DNA from: an uncultured bacterium
Lineage (GTDB): Bacteria > Bacillota_I > Bacilli_A > RF39 > UBA660
Reading direction: 5' to 3'
NCBI GenBank assembly: GCA_948433885.1
Contig: CAOJEC010000001.1
Span: 942-64,941, forward strand
Length of the DNA: 64,000 bases
Both the position numbers and the translations under genes were made by a program. Below the pieces are notes generated by a model. It was not told the DNA's origin, made no database searches, and saw only the letters and a program-made list of their open reading frames with translations. Below, in pieces: positions 40,182-50,438 of this stretch. Numbering within the stretch: the stretch's first letter is position 1; every line of letters starts with the position of its first letter.

Positions 40182-40949
40182 ATGATAAGTTTTATCATCT
40201 ATGACAAAAATGGCGAATCGCGGGAATTGTATTCCAAAGTCGTAAAGAAGTTCTTTTATACTTCTATCGATCGTTATAAAATTTACGAATACGATCGCAT
40301 CAATCAAGAAACTCTAAATGAGATCGAGCACATCGAAGGTGTTAGAATCTACATTTTGAACTTGGATACTCCCGGTTATGATGCTTCTAAGTTTGCTAGA
40401 AAGATCAGATCTGATGGTGACTTGATAAGTCCTATTATCTTGTTGACCAAAAGAGATAAATCCGAAGTAGTCGAAGAACTCAACAATGTTCTCTATTTGG
40501 ATTTACTTCAAATTGATGAGAGGTTGATTTTCACATTAGCAGGTGCTCTTAGAGATGCATACGATATAGTTTCGAGGTATTCGGTATACAGTTTTTCTAT
40601 TTTCGATGAGATATATAGATTACCCTACAACGACATATACATGATAAAGAAAAATTTTAAAGATGACTCAGTAACAATATATACGAAAGATGATACATAC
40701 ACGGATTACATCACTATACGAGGAATAGAGTCCGAGTTGGCAAGTGATTTGAGGTTTTTGAAGATACATAGAAGTGTAATAATCAATTTATACAAAGTAA
40801 TAGGTTACGACAAGAAGAGCAACACATTGTCTTTTTGCAATGGAATGACAACCAATATGATATCGAGACATGGAAAGTCCATTTTGACTACGAGACTCAA
40901 AAATTTCGGTCGATCCGATTACATTAAAAGCAAAGTCGATTCCGAGTAG
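40182..40949 (+). CDS. LytTR-family response regulator (orphan, no cognate kinase nearby)
   Basis: Receiver-like N-terminus with acceptor Asp (ILNLDTPGYDASKFARKIR). C-terminal LytTR domain (IYMIKKNF...FLKIHRSVIINLYKV). RBS gaaggaagg. Confidence 0.75.
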   Translation: MISFIIYDKNGESRELYSKVVKKFFYTSIDRYKIYEYDRINQETLNEIEHIEGVRIYILNLDTPGYDASKFARKIRSDGDLISPIILLTKRDKSEVVEELNNVLYLDLLQIDERLIFTLAGALRDAYDIVSRYSVYSFSIFDEIYRLPYNDIYMIKKNFKDDSVTIYTKDDTYTDYITIRGIESELASDLRFLKIHRSVIINLYKVIGYDKKSNTLSFCNGMTTNMISRHGKSILTTRLKNFGRSDYIKSKVDSE

Positions 40950-41037
40950 TCGACTTTTTGTATTCAACAGTGTTATAATGTTGTAAAGAAGCAAACTGTG
41001 GAAAAACTGATCATTTTCCACAAGAGGAGTGAATTCG

Positions 41038-41898
41038 GTGAAAGAGAAAACTTGTATAGTAAGTGAAAGTATGACTTTAATAGATTTTTTGAAAGGTACA
41101 TTGAACGAATACACTGCTAAAAAAATCAAAAGTTTTATCAAGTACAATATGATCGAAGTAGATGGCAAGATCGCGAACAAAGCGACGGAGATCGTCAAAG
41201 GCGGAAGTACAGTCAAAATATATTTTACTAAAAGGCTCATAAACGAGTTCGAATTGAATATCATCTTCGAAGATGAAGACTTGATCGCTATCGACAAACC
41301 AGCCGGATTGTTATCCATTTCTAATTCCAAAGAAAAAGAACTGACGGCGTTCAGACTCGTTTCAGATTACATTAAAAAGGATCATAAAAATGCCAAGTTG
41401 TTCGTAGTGCATAGATTGGATCAAGGGACTTCGGGTGTGTTGATGTTTGCAAAAAATCGTAATATACAGGAAACTTTGCAAAAGTCGTGGAACGATATCG
41501 TCTCAAAAAGAGAGTACATCGCGGTCGTCGAAGGACGAATGAACAAATCGGGAACGATCGAATCTCATCTAGCCATGAATCATTTTCAAAAAGTGTATTC
41601 GACGAGAGATGTAGAGAACGGATGGTATGCGAGAACACATTACAAATTGTTAAAATACAAAAACAATTATTCTCTTTTGGAAGTGAATATCGATACAGGA
41701 CGTCGCAACCAAATAAGAGTTCATATGAGTGAACAGGGACATCCTGTCACGGGTGATAAAAAATATGGAGCCAAGAAAAATCCTATAAATAGGTTGGCCT
41801 TGCACGCTAGTAAGTTACATTTTGTAGATCCGAGATCAGGTAAAATGATGCAGTTGTCTGCTCCTGTACCTTTGGAACTAGAGAAGTTGACCGAATGA
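41038..41898 (+). CDS. RluA-family 23S rRNA pseudouridine synthase with S4 domain
   Basis: HRLDQGTSGVLMFAKN catalytic motif with an S4-like N-terminus. GTG start after RBS aggagtga (the track lists 41029). Confidence 0.85.
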   Translation: MKEKTCIVSESMTLIDFLKGTLNEYTAKKIKSFIKYNMIEVDGKIANKATEIVKGGSTVKIYFTKRLINEFELNIIFEDEDLIAIDKPAGLLSISNSKEKELTAFRLVSDYIKKDHKNAKLFVVHRLDQGTSGVLMFAKNRNIQETLQKSWNDIVSKREYIAVVEGRMNKSGTIESHLAMNHFQKVYSTRDVENGWYARTHYKLLKYKNNYSLLEVNIDTGRRNQIRVHMSEQGHPVTGDKKYGAKKNPINRLALHASKLHFVDPRSGKMMQLSAPVPLELEKLTE

Positions 41899-41930
41899 AA
41901 ATTTTCCATTTATATGGAAATTTTTTTTTC
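41897..41930 (+). terminator. rho-independent terminator
   Basis: gaaaattttccat-ttat-atggaaatttttttttt. Confidence 0.6.
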
Positions 41931-41949
41931 GATTTGATACAATGTCATC

Positions 41950-43410
41950 ATGAAGAAAAAAGTTGACAAAATAAAAATTTTTAAATATTTAGTCTTGGCG
42001 TATTTTATCATTTCTCCTTTATTCGATTTGATATTTCTATATAATAAGATTACCACTTTGATGAGAGTTATGATCATATTGTTGTTCGTCGGGCTTACAG
42101 CAATTTTGTTCAAGGAATCTCGCAAAAAGATATGGTATTTGTTGGCATACTATTTGGCTATTGGTTTCTATTTGGCTATTTCTTATTTTCATAGTAAAGG
42201 TTTTACAACGTTGTTACCTGATTTATCATATAGCGTAGTAAATGAAGCGACTACTTTGTTAAAACTATGTATGCCTTTTTCGATTTTGTTCATTTTTAAA
42301 TATTTACCTATAGAAAAAGAAGAATTTTTTAAAGTAATATTTTGCTGGGTAGTATTGATCGCAGGAAGCATCGTCGTTTGCAATTTGGTAGGGTATTCTC
42401 TTTCTTCTTATACCGATGAAATTACAAAATATAGTATCTTCTCATGGGGACGAGGACTTTCTGTGACGGACATTGCTACTAAAGGATTCTTTACTTATGC
42501 AAATCAAATTTCGAATGTACTTTCAGTTTTGTTAGTCGTCATGTTTTATGAAGTAATTATCGATAAGAGAAAGATCGGTGTAATTTCACTAGTGCTCATT
42601 GCCTTGTCCTGTTTGATGTTAGGTACGAGATTGTCGACGTATGGTGGAATTATAATTCTAGGTGGGTTCGTTGTAATTTATCTAGGATATGCATGGCTTT
42701 TAAAAAAGAAAATATCGAGGTGGATCTTATTTCCTATCATATTGTCGATAGGATGGACGATCTTGTTGCCTATTGCGCCATGTAATAGTAGAATGCAAGA
42801 AATAAAAAATGCTAAGACTGGTGAGCAGTCCGAAGAATCTATGACGAACGATCGAGAAGATGTAAGAACGATGGAAGAGGTTGATGAACGTCTCGTGTAT
42901 ATCGAAAACAACATCAATAAAGCTACGATCGGAAAGCAGTTTTATATGGATTATTATCCTTATATGTACGACATGAACTTTTGGAAAGATATTGTCGAGA
43001 AACAAAAGCAAGGTGATTACATCGATTATCGAAAGATGGAGATGTTGATCGCCGATAGATTGTTCGAAATTGACGATCGGAAAGCCGATATATTTTGGGG
43101 CATATCTAATGTCAGAATGCAAAAAGTTACAAACATCGAAAGGGATTTTGTATTACATTATTATACTTTCGGAATAGTAGGTTCTATACTGAGTCTTTCG
43201 TTTTATATATTCATGTTAGTAGTTTTAATAAAAATGAATATTTGTGAATTTAGTTTTTGGAATATTTCCTTATTGGGCATTTTAGTGATCTTCGTTTTCG
43301 GTTCGTTTATGACCGGAAATTCACTCAATTTTTTGGCGACGACAGTTCCATTTTCATATGTCGTTTGTGCTGGGAAAAAGATATTCGTTGCGGGAAATAG
43401 GCATTCGTAG
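41950..43410 (+). CDS. O-antigen ligase/Wzy-like polytopic membrane protein
   Basis: 486 aa, 10 or more TM helices, with a large periplasmic-type loop late in the protein. First gene of the glycopolymer locus. Family assignment is tentative. Confidence 0.45.
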   Translation: MKKKVDKIKIFKYLVLAYFIISPLFDLIFLYNKITTLMRVMIILLFVGLTAILFKESRKKIWYLLAYYLAIGFYLAISYFHSKGFTTLLPDLSYSVVNEATTLLKLCMPFSILFIFKYLPIEKEEFFKVIFCWVVLIAGSIVVCNLVGYSLSSYTDEITKYSIFSWGRGLSVTDIATKGFFTYANQISNVLSVLLVVMFYEVIIDKRKIGVISLVLIALSCLMLGTRLSTYGGIIILGGFVVIYLGYAWLLKKKISRWILFPIILSIGWTILLPIAPCNSRMQEIKNAKTGEQSEESMTNDREDVRTMEEVDERLVYIENNINKATIGKQFYMDYYPYMYDMNFWKDIVEKQKQGDYIDYRKMEMLIADRLFEIDDRKADIFWGISNVRMQKVTNIERDFVLHYYTFGIVGSILSLSFYIFMLVVLIKMNICEFSFWNISLLGILVIFVFGSFMTGNSLNFLATTVPFSYVVCAGKKIFVAGNRHS

Positions 43411-43438
43411 TATAATTATTTGAGAAAGGATGCAGAGT

Positions 43439-44230
43439 ATGACATTTTTTAAAAATATAATGTACAGTTTCAAGAAGTATAAGTTTTTGTTGTCTCAATT
43501 AGTGTCGCGTGATTTCAAGGTCAAATATAAGCGCAGTATTTTGGGAATCATATGGAGTCTTTTGTATCCAATTTTGACTATGAGTGTGATGGCTTTGGTA
43601 TTTACAAAGATGTTCAAGATGAGTACTCCAGGGGTAAACTATTTGGTTTATTTGATGAGTGGACTAGTCATTTTCAACTATTTCAATGAAGCGTCCAATT
43701 TAGCAATGAGTAGTGTTGTGGCAAATTTCAGTCTCATCAATAAAGTTTATATGCCAAAGTATATATTTCCACTTTCAAAATGTTTGTTCGTCGGGATCAA
43801 CTTTTTATTAACATTGATACCTTTATATGCGATAATATTCATCACTGGTACAAATGTTAATATATATCATCTTTTGTTGCCATATATGTTCTTTTGTTTA
43901 TTTTTATTCACTCTCGGCATGGGCTTCATTTTATCAGCAGTATCGGTATTTTTGCGAGATATGTTCTATATTTATGGAGTTGTAATAACTTTGTGGACTT
44001 ATATGACTCCTATCATGTACGATATTTCGATAATACCTGAAAATCTTTTGTTTATATTCAAATTAAACCCAATATATTGGTTTATTAAATTTGCTAGAGA
44101 TATCATTTTATACAATGTCATACCAGGTTTAAACGTATGGATTTATTGCGGAGTGTTTGCCTTAGGTGTTTTGTTTTTGGGTATGTTCGTATTCAAAAAA
44201 ACCCAAGACAAGTTCATCTACTATGTATAG
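43439..44230 (+). CDS. ABC-2 type polysaccharide/teichoic acid export permease (TagG/Wzm-like)
   Basis: 6-TM ABC-2 permease. ATG 43439 with RBS gagaaagga. Directly upstream of the ATPase partner. Confidence 0.7.
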   Translation: MTFFKNIMYSFKKYKFLLSQLVSRDFKVKYKRSILGIIWSLLYPILTMSVMALVFTKMFKMSTPGVNYLVYLMSGLVIFNYFNEASNLAMSSVVANFSLINKVYMPKYIFPLSKCLFVGINFLLTLIPLYAIIFITGTNVNIYHLLLPYMFFCLFLFTLGMGFILSAVSVFLRDMFYIYGVVITLWTYMTPIMYDISIIPENLLFIFKLNPIYWFIKFARDIILYNVIPGLNVWIYCGVFALGVLFLGMFVFKKTQDKFIYYV

Positions 44231-44239
44231 GAGGTCGCG

Positions 44240-44995
44240 ATGAAGAAAGAAGATATAATGATCGAATTAAATGACATATCGATGAGGTTCAATTTAGGTA
44301 TCGAAAAGGGCTTTTCTCTAAAACAGGGATTTGTCGATATGTTTAAAAAAGAAAAGAGAAAAAAAGAAAAAAATGAATTTTGGGCTTTATCGAATGTAAA
44401 TTTTAAAGTAAAAAAGGGTGAAGTGGTCGGATTTATAGGATCGAATGGTGCTGGAAAGTCTACACTTCTCAAGGTTGTCGCCGGCGTCATGAAACCTACT
44501 AAAGGGGTCGTGTTGACTTACGGGAATATTTGTCCTATGATTGAGTTAGGTGCAGGATTCGATATGCAACTCACTGCAAGAGAAAATATTTATTTGAACG
44601 GAGCAGTAATGGGTTATTCCAAAGAATTGATCGATGAGAAATTTGATGAAATAGTCGAATTCTCTGAACTCAAAGATTTTTTGGATGTCCCTGTTCAAAA
44701 TTTCTCGTCCGGTATGGTGGCGAGATTGGCTTTTAGTGTAGCGACAATCGTCAATCCAGAGATACTCATTGTCGATGAAATACTATCTGTCGGTGATATT
44801 GCTTTTCAAGCAAAGAGCGAAGCAAAGATGATGGAGATGATAACTGGTGGTACGACCGTATTATACGTTTCACATTCATTAGAAGCTATAAAGAAGTTGT
44901 GCAATAAAGTCGTTTGGATAGAACATGGAGAAGTTCAAAAAATAGGAGATATCGCTGTTTGTGATGAATATATGGAATTTATGAGTAGGAAGTAG
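44240..44995 (+). CDS. ABC transporter ATP-binding protein (TagH/Wzt-like)
   Basis: Walker A GSNGAGKST, signature FSSGMVARL, Walker B ILIVDE. RBS taggaggt. Confidence 0.85.
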   Translation: MKKEDIMIELNDISMRFNLGIEKGFSLKQGFVDMFKKEKRKKEKNEFWALSNVNFKVKKGEVVGFIGSNGAGKSTLLKVVAGVMKPTKGVVLTYGNICPMIELGAGFDMQLTARENIYLNGAVMGYSKELIDEKFDEIVEFSELKDFLDVPVQNFSSGMVARLAFSVATIVNPEILIVDEILSVGDIAFQAKSEAKMMEMITGGTTVLYVSHSLEAIKKLCNKVVWIEHGEVQKIGDIAVCDEYMEFMSRK

Positions 44996-45007
44996 GATTT
45001 TGGTAGT

Positions 45008-46135
45008 ATGAATAAAATGATATTGAAACAATTTTTGGATGTTAGAAAACGACTAAAAAAGAAAAAAAGTATAATTATAGTGGCACCATACTTCAATGAA
45101 GAACGATTGAAGGATGGTTATTTTAAAAGAGTAAAGGCCGTCGATGAATTGTTTGCAGATTATTATAAGGTATATGTAACGTATGAGACAACAAAACCTT
45201 ATATTCAATTTGAGGAACATGAAAATGATACGACAGTCGTAAGATATCTTCCTGGATCAAAGAAGCAAAAATTGTTAGTTGCTTTGTTGATGATGGCTGC
45301 AAAAAAAATATATTGTCATTCAGTTTGGCAAGTCAAAACAAAATTTTTTAAGCTTCCAGGTGTAAAAGTATACGTCGATGTTCACGGAGTGGTTCCTGAA
45401 GAAGAAACACTTTATGAAAGATATGAAGCAGCCCAAATGTATGGCGATATCGAAGAAGTGACTGTACAAAAGGCCGAATGTTTGATATGTGTGACTAACA
45501 AAATTAGAGAACATTTAAAAGAAAAATATGGGGATAAGTTTAAAGCTAGAACTATAGTGATGCCAATTTATGATACTAGTCTATCTCAATATGACATCGA
45601 AGTTCCTAAGAGTAAAAAACTAGTGAAGGATAAACCTGTGGTCATCTATGCAGGTGGAATTATGAAATGGCAAAAAATAGAATTGATGCAGGACTCCATA
45701 AACAAAAGTAAGGATGCCGCAGAGTTTATGGTTTATTGCCCTAATCCAAAAGAATTTTGGGAAACATGGGAATATCCAAAAATGAAAAATCTTACAGTAG
45801 GTTCTAAATCATATAAAGATTTGTGTAAGGATGTTTATTCTATCGCTCATTACGGGTATGTTTTGAGGGATGATATTACGGTAAACAATGTAGCTTGTCC
45901 TACCAAAATTGCCGATTATTTTAAGTATCGTGTCGTTCCAATCGTAAGCAGTCCAAAAATAGGAGATTTCTTAGAATTGGGAATGAGATATATAACTTTG
46001 GAAGATTTCAATAATGGTAAATTATTATCAAAAAAAGAACTCGAAGAAATAGCAGATAATAATGAAGAAGTGCTTAAAAAGTACGTCGAAAGACACAATA
46101 AAGGCAAAGAAGAATTTAAGCAAATGTTCAAATGA
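45008..46135 (+). CDS. putative glycosyltransferase/glycopolymer biosynthesis protein (unclassified)
   Basis: 375 aa, soluble, with a Rossmann-like alternation. No diagnostic motif recognised. Confidence 0.3.
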   Translation: MNKMILKQFLDVRKRLKKKKSIIIVAPYFNEERLKDGYFKRVKAVDELFADYYKVYVTYETTKPYIQFEEHENDTTVVRYLPGSKKQKLLVALLMMAAKKIYCHSVWQVKTKFFKLPGVKVYVDVHGVVPEEETLYERYEAAQMYGDIEEVTVQKAECLICVTNKIREHLKEKYGDKFKARTIVMPIYDTSLSQYDIEVPKSKKLVKDKPVVIYAGGIMKWQKIELMQDSINKSKDAAEFMVYCPNPKEFWETWEYPKMKNLTVGSKSYKDLCKDVYSIAHYGYVLRDDITVNNVACPTKIADYFKYRVVPIVSSPKIGDFLELGMRYITLEDFNNGKLLSKKELEEIADNNEEVLKKYVERHNKGKEEFKQMFK

Positions 46136-46145
46136 GGTGTATGAA

Positions 46146-47366
46146 ATGATAAGAAAAGTGAAAAAGTTTTTTGAATTTATAGGTGCCCTTTTCTATTTTC
46201 TATTTTATAGAATTAAAAACATCGGAAAAAAGAAGAATGTTGCACAAGTATTGAATTCTTTTAATAGTGGTGGCCTTGAACAAGTTGCGGCAAATGTTTA
46301 TAAATCTTTTTTAAAAAATGGAAATGGGTCTTATGTAATATCTATAAGCAATACTGCAGGTCCGATTTGTCAACAGTTAGAATCTCCTAAACATTTTAGA
46401 ATGATCTATTACAATTTTAGTGCTATGTTAAAATTTTGTGCTAAAAATAATATAGGTACTTTAATTTATCATTTCTCTACATTTAAACTGCCTCAATTCA
46501 AAATGTTAGGTTTTAAAACATATTATGTTATTCACAATACCTACCTTTGGTATACAGAAGGTGAATGGCAGAATTTAAAAATAAAAATGAAATTCACAAA
46601 TGGGATCATTGCAGTTTCCGAGTGGTGTAAAGATTATTTTATAAAGAAAACGGGTATATCGAAAGTTAAAGTCATTTTAAACGGTATCGATTTTCAAAAT
46701 TTACAGTCAGGTAACATATCGACTATTACACGAAAATCTCTAGGCATTAAAAATGACGATATAGTAGTTTTGACTGTGGGCTCTTATACTGATCAAAAAC
46801 ATCAAATGGCAATTCTCGGTATTGCTGAGCAGATGATAAAGAAATACAAAAACATGAAATTTTTATGTGCCGGTCCAATTTTAAATCGTGATTTATTTAA
46901 ACTGTTTAAACGAGAGTTAAAAAAATCTTCAGCAAATAAAAATGTCATAATACTCGAATATGTTCCACAAGATCAAATGGGTGATTTTATTCATAATGTT
47001 TGCGATATTTATTTACAGCCGTCTATTCACGAGGCTGGCGTACCTTTAACTGTTATGGAAGCGCTCATCAAGAAAAAGCCTGTCATCATGACCGATTTTA
47101 TGCTCGATAAGACGTTCCCTGTAATCGACCGAATAGTTGGAGTTCGTCCTCCTTATGAAGATCTCATGTCGATTACACCAAAAAAAGTTATCGAAATGAC
47201 AAAGAAAAAAGTCGATAGTTCGACAAATGAATACGTTAGGAAATTGGAAGATATAGTAAGCAACTTGGATTATTATCGTGATGAAAGTAATTTCAATATA
47301 GACGATTATGCATTTTTGAGTATGGAGCGAATGGCTCAAGAATATATAGATTATATTATCATTTAA
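46146..47366 (+). CDS. glycosyltransferase family 4 (GT-B)
   Basis: C-terminal EX7E-type motif (YLQPSIHEAGVPLTVMEALIKKKPVIMTD). Start at ATG 46146, which avoids overlap with the previous gene. Confidence 0.75.
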   Translation: MIRKVKKFFEFIGALFYFLFYRIKNIGKKKNVAQVLNSFNSGGLEQVAANVYKSFLKNGNGSYVISISNTAGPICQQLESPKHFRMIYYNFSAMLKFCAKNNIGTLIYHFSTFKLPQFKMLGFKTYYVIHNTYLWYTEGEWQNLKIKMKFTNGIIAVSEWCKDYFIKKTGISKVKVILNGIDFQNLQSGNISTITRKSLGIKNDDIVVLTVGSYTDQKHQMAILGIAEQMIKKYKNMKFLCAGPILNRDLFKLFKRELKKSSANKNVIILEYVPQDQMGDFIHNVCDIYLQPSIHEAGVPLTVMEALIKKKPVIMTDFMLDKTFPVIDRIVGVRPPYEDLMSITPKKVIEMTKKKVDSSTNEYVRKLEDIVSNLDYYRDESNFNIDDYAFLSMERMAQEYIDYIII

Positions 47367-47491
47367 AAGAAAATTTTGGATAGTCTATCGTGCGATTTTG
47401 TTAATGTGAATCGTTATCATTTCCAAAATTTTTTTTGTAGATATAAAGTACTTTTTTTGATAAAATTGTAATATGAAAGTTGGTAGTAAAT

Positions 47492-49210
47492 ATGAAGGAA
47501 AAAAGTATGGACTTAGGATTTATGCTGATAGCATTTATCTTCATAAACGTGTTAGTGACGAGCATAGCGTTCATTTTTAAAGTTCCTGTATCTATTTGGA
47601 ACTTCATTGTATCTTCTTTGTTGACTCTCGGAATGTATGTCGTCATAATGCGAAAACATAAATATAAAGTAATAGAGATTGCTGTTTGCTTTGGACTATT
47701 CATCTTATCGATTTCTGGAAGCATGTTATTGGCTAGCAATGAATACGATATTTCTTGGGATGGAAATATGTACCATAAAATTGCCATAGGAGAATTGAGT
47801 GAGGGATGGAATCCTATCTATCAAAGTATAGACGATTTCAATGAAGAAGCCGAGATAAAATTGAGCAGTACAGCAGCTATATGGAACGATCATTATCCTA
47901 AGGCAACGTGGATATTTGGCGCTAACATCTACAAAGTAACCGGAAATATCGAAAGTGGAAAGTGCATAACTTTCTTGATGATATTAGCAACTTTTTTAAT
48001 AAGTTATTCTTTCTTCAATTTAAAAAATAAGGCGACAAACTATATTCTTGCAAGCTTATTGGCTTTAAATCCTATTATATTATGTCAGATAGGAACATTT
48101 TATATAGATGGTATTTTAGGGAATTATCTCATTCTTTTGATTTTGTCTCTTTCAATCATGGGAAATAAAAAACTAAAAGTGAATCGTTTAGAAAATTGTA
48201 TTTTATATTTTATGATACTTTCTATAATAATAAATTTGAAATTTACAGGATTCGCTTATGCGGGAATATATTCGTTATTCTATTATATTTACTTTTTAAT
48301 AGATAAAAAATTGAGAGAACTCAATTTTAAATCTTTAACCATAACGGCTGTATGTGCTTTGATCATTGGAGTAGGAGTAATAGGGTGGTCTACTTATCCC
48401 AAAAATTTTATGGAACACGGCAATCCTTTTTATCCTTTATACGGAAATGATGCAGTCGACATTATGGAATCGAATACCCCTACGGATTTTCTTTCGATGA
48501 ATAGAATTAAGAGATTCATCGTTTCAAATTTATCTCGATCAGGTAACGGTTCAAATAATGGATTGAAAAGTTATGAGATAAAAATGCCTCTTTCTTTTTC
48601 ACAAAATGAATTGATGGTATTTATCAGTCCCGATGTTCGAGTAGCGGGGTATGGCGTTTTATTTGGTGGCGTATTGCTGATTTCATTTGGTGCAATGTGT
48701 TACTATTTTTACAAAAATAAATTCAATCATAAAGATACTTTAATTCTCATGCTCATACCAATTTTAGTGACAGGACTCATCGTCTTAGTAATAAAAGAAA
48801 GTTGGTGGGCTAGATATCTACCACAACTCTATTTAGTACCTACGATCGTAGTTATCATGATGAGTTATATAAAAGGTAATGCTTCTAAATTTTTGAATAA
48901 TTTAATAGTTTTTGCTCTTATCGTAAATAGTTATATACTATTAAACGTCATTCATGAAAATCGCAGTTTTGGAAGGGAGAGTGTGGATGCTCAGTTTGCT
49001 GAAGTTTACGATGCTTTCAAAGATGAGGATATCAAGATATCATCGGACATTTTTTCCGGTGCTGTATTCAATGTATTAGATAAACTACCAAAGGCAAAAA
49101 TAATAGATAATACATGCGATGAACAAGATACTTTGCAACTTATGAATGGTAAAGTGTGTGTGTATAGCGATGATGAAGATAAAGACGAAAATGAAGAAAA
49201 AAGTGAATAG
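47492..49210 (+). CDS. large polytopic membrane protein (GT-C-like, putative glycan polymerase/transferase)
   Basis: About 570 aa, 12 or more TM segments, acidic C-terminal tail. Start ambiguous (47492 or 47507). Confidence 0.4.
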   Translation: MKEKSMDLGFMLIAFIFINVLVTSIAFIFKVPVSIWNFIVSSLLTLGMYVVIMRKHKYKVIEIAVCFGLFILSISGSMLLASNEYDISWDGNMYHKIAIGELSEGWNPIYQSIDDFNEEAEIKLSSTAAIWNDHYPKATWIFGANIYKVTGNIESGKCITFLMILATFLISYSFFNLKNKATNYILASLLALNPIILCQIGTFYIDGILGNYLILLILSLSIMGNKKLKVNRLENCILYFMILSIIINLKFTGFAYAGIYSLFYYIYFLIDKKLRELNFKSLTITAVCALIIGVGVIGWSTYPKNFMEHGNPFYPLYGNDAVDIMESNTPTDFLSMNRIKRFIVSNLSRSGNGSNNGLKSYEIKMPLSFSQNELMVFISPDVRVAGYGVLFGGVLLISFGAMCYYFYKNKFNHKDTLILMLIPILVTGLIVLVIKESWWARYLPQLYLVPTIVVIMMSYIKGNASKFLNNLIVFALIVNSYILLNVIHENRSFGRESVDAQFAEVYDAFKDEDIKISSDIFSGAVFNVLDKLPKAKIIDNTCDEQDTLQLMNGKVCVYSDDEDKDENEEKSE

Positions 49211-49353
49211 ATTGACCATCTATTGACTAATTGATAATTCAGTTTATAACAAAATGCGTTCTTTCGAATGCATTTTTTGATGGCTTAGAGCATTTCCGTT
49301 TTAATTGCACAAACGATACTCATTTGGTATACTTTTGTAGAAGAGGTAAGTTT

Positions 49354-50406
49354 ATGGTTAAAAATAGAAATTACAATATCGATTTATTCAAAGGAATTGC
49401 TGCTATAGGAATAATATTTATACATACAGTGTTTTGGAGTGGTGAAAGCTATGCACCGGATTGGATCAGATCTTTATCTTTGTTAATTGATGTTCCATTA
49501 TTCATTTTTATATCGGGAATAAGTTTTAGTTTTCACGAATCGATAATCAAAATGCTCAAAGGATTTCTAAAGCTTTGGAAAATTTTTATCCTGTTTTTAA
49601 TCTTATATTATTCACTTACATTTTTTATAGATTATGACAATTTTACTTTGTCGAACATAGTAAAATCGATCTTCTTTTCTTTTCCGGGAAATAGTAGATT
49701 GTATGTAGTAGGTGGATCATTTTGGCTTGTATATATGTATTTTACAGTTTCATTGATCGCTTCTGCCATTATTACTGTATACAATCGTCATTTTAAATCT
49801 TTAGACAATTTTAAATATATATTACTTTTTAGTTTTTTCATATATGGCATGAAATTGTATTATCCTAGTTTCTTTTTCTTAGATATTCAAACACTTTTCT
49901 ATTTATTCATATATCTTTTAGGATACTATTTTAGTAAGATAAAAATCGATGGTAAGACATTTGTTATATTGGAATTTTTGACATTGACGATTTTGTATTT
50001 TTTAACTAGACATAACGACTACGGATTCAATATGATGCAGACGGCCAAATTTGCTTACCATATAAATTATATGGTATATAGTATGATCGCGATTTTAGTG
50101 GTTACTTATTTTAAAGACGTTTTAAAAATCAAGAAGAAAAACATTTTAACTTTTATTGGTGAAAATGCATTGTTATTCTTCTTTTGCCTGGGGCTAGGTT
50201 CGACCTTTATTTATGAATTTTTACAACCGTTAAATTCTTATTCTATAGGAAGTAGGGTGGCAATACTCACATTAATAAATTTTGTAACTACTTTTGTATC
50301 AGTACTTGTCTTAAAAGGTGGAGTATTGTTATTAGATAAGTTTATAGATTTTTTTAAAAAGAAAAAGGTTATGCCAAAGTTATTATGTTTTAAACTTAAA
50401 AAATAA
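49354..50406 (+). CDS. acyltransferase family 3 (OafA-like O-acetyltransferase)
   Basis: N-terminal RNYNIDLFKGIAAIGIIFIH motif and 10 TM segments. ATG 49354 with RBS agaggtaag. Confidence 0.65.
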   Translation: MVKNRNYNIDLFKGIAAIGIIFIHTVFWSGESYAPDWIRSLSLLIDVPLFIFISGISFSFHESIIKMLKGFLKLWKIFILFLILYYSLTFFIDYDNFTLSNIVKSIFFSFPGNSRLYVVGGSFWLVYMYFTVSLIASAIITVYNRHFKSLDNFKYILLFSFFIYGMKLYYPSFFFLDIQTLFYLFIYLLGYYFSKIKIDGKTFVILEFLTLTILYFLTRHNDYGFNMMQTAKFAYHINYMVYSMIAILVVTYFKDVLKIKKKNILTFIGENALLFFFCLGLGSTFIYEFLQPLNSYSIGSRVAILTLINFVTTFVSVLVLKGGVLLLDKFIDFFKKKKVMPKLLCFKLKK

Positions 50407-50438
50407 TGTGATTCGATGAATTGAAAGGAAATAAAATT

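Noticed and set aside
47401-47787. 128-aa minus-strand ORF overlapping the start of the 47492 membrane protein gene
   Set aside because: It overlaps a better-supported + strand gene and an intergenic hairpin, and has no RBS or homology signal.
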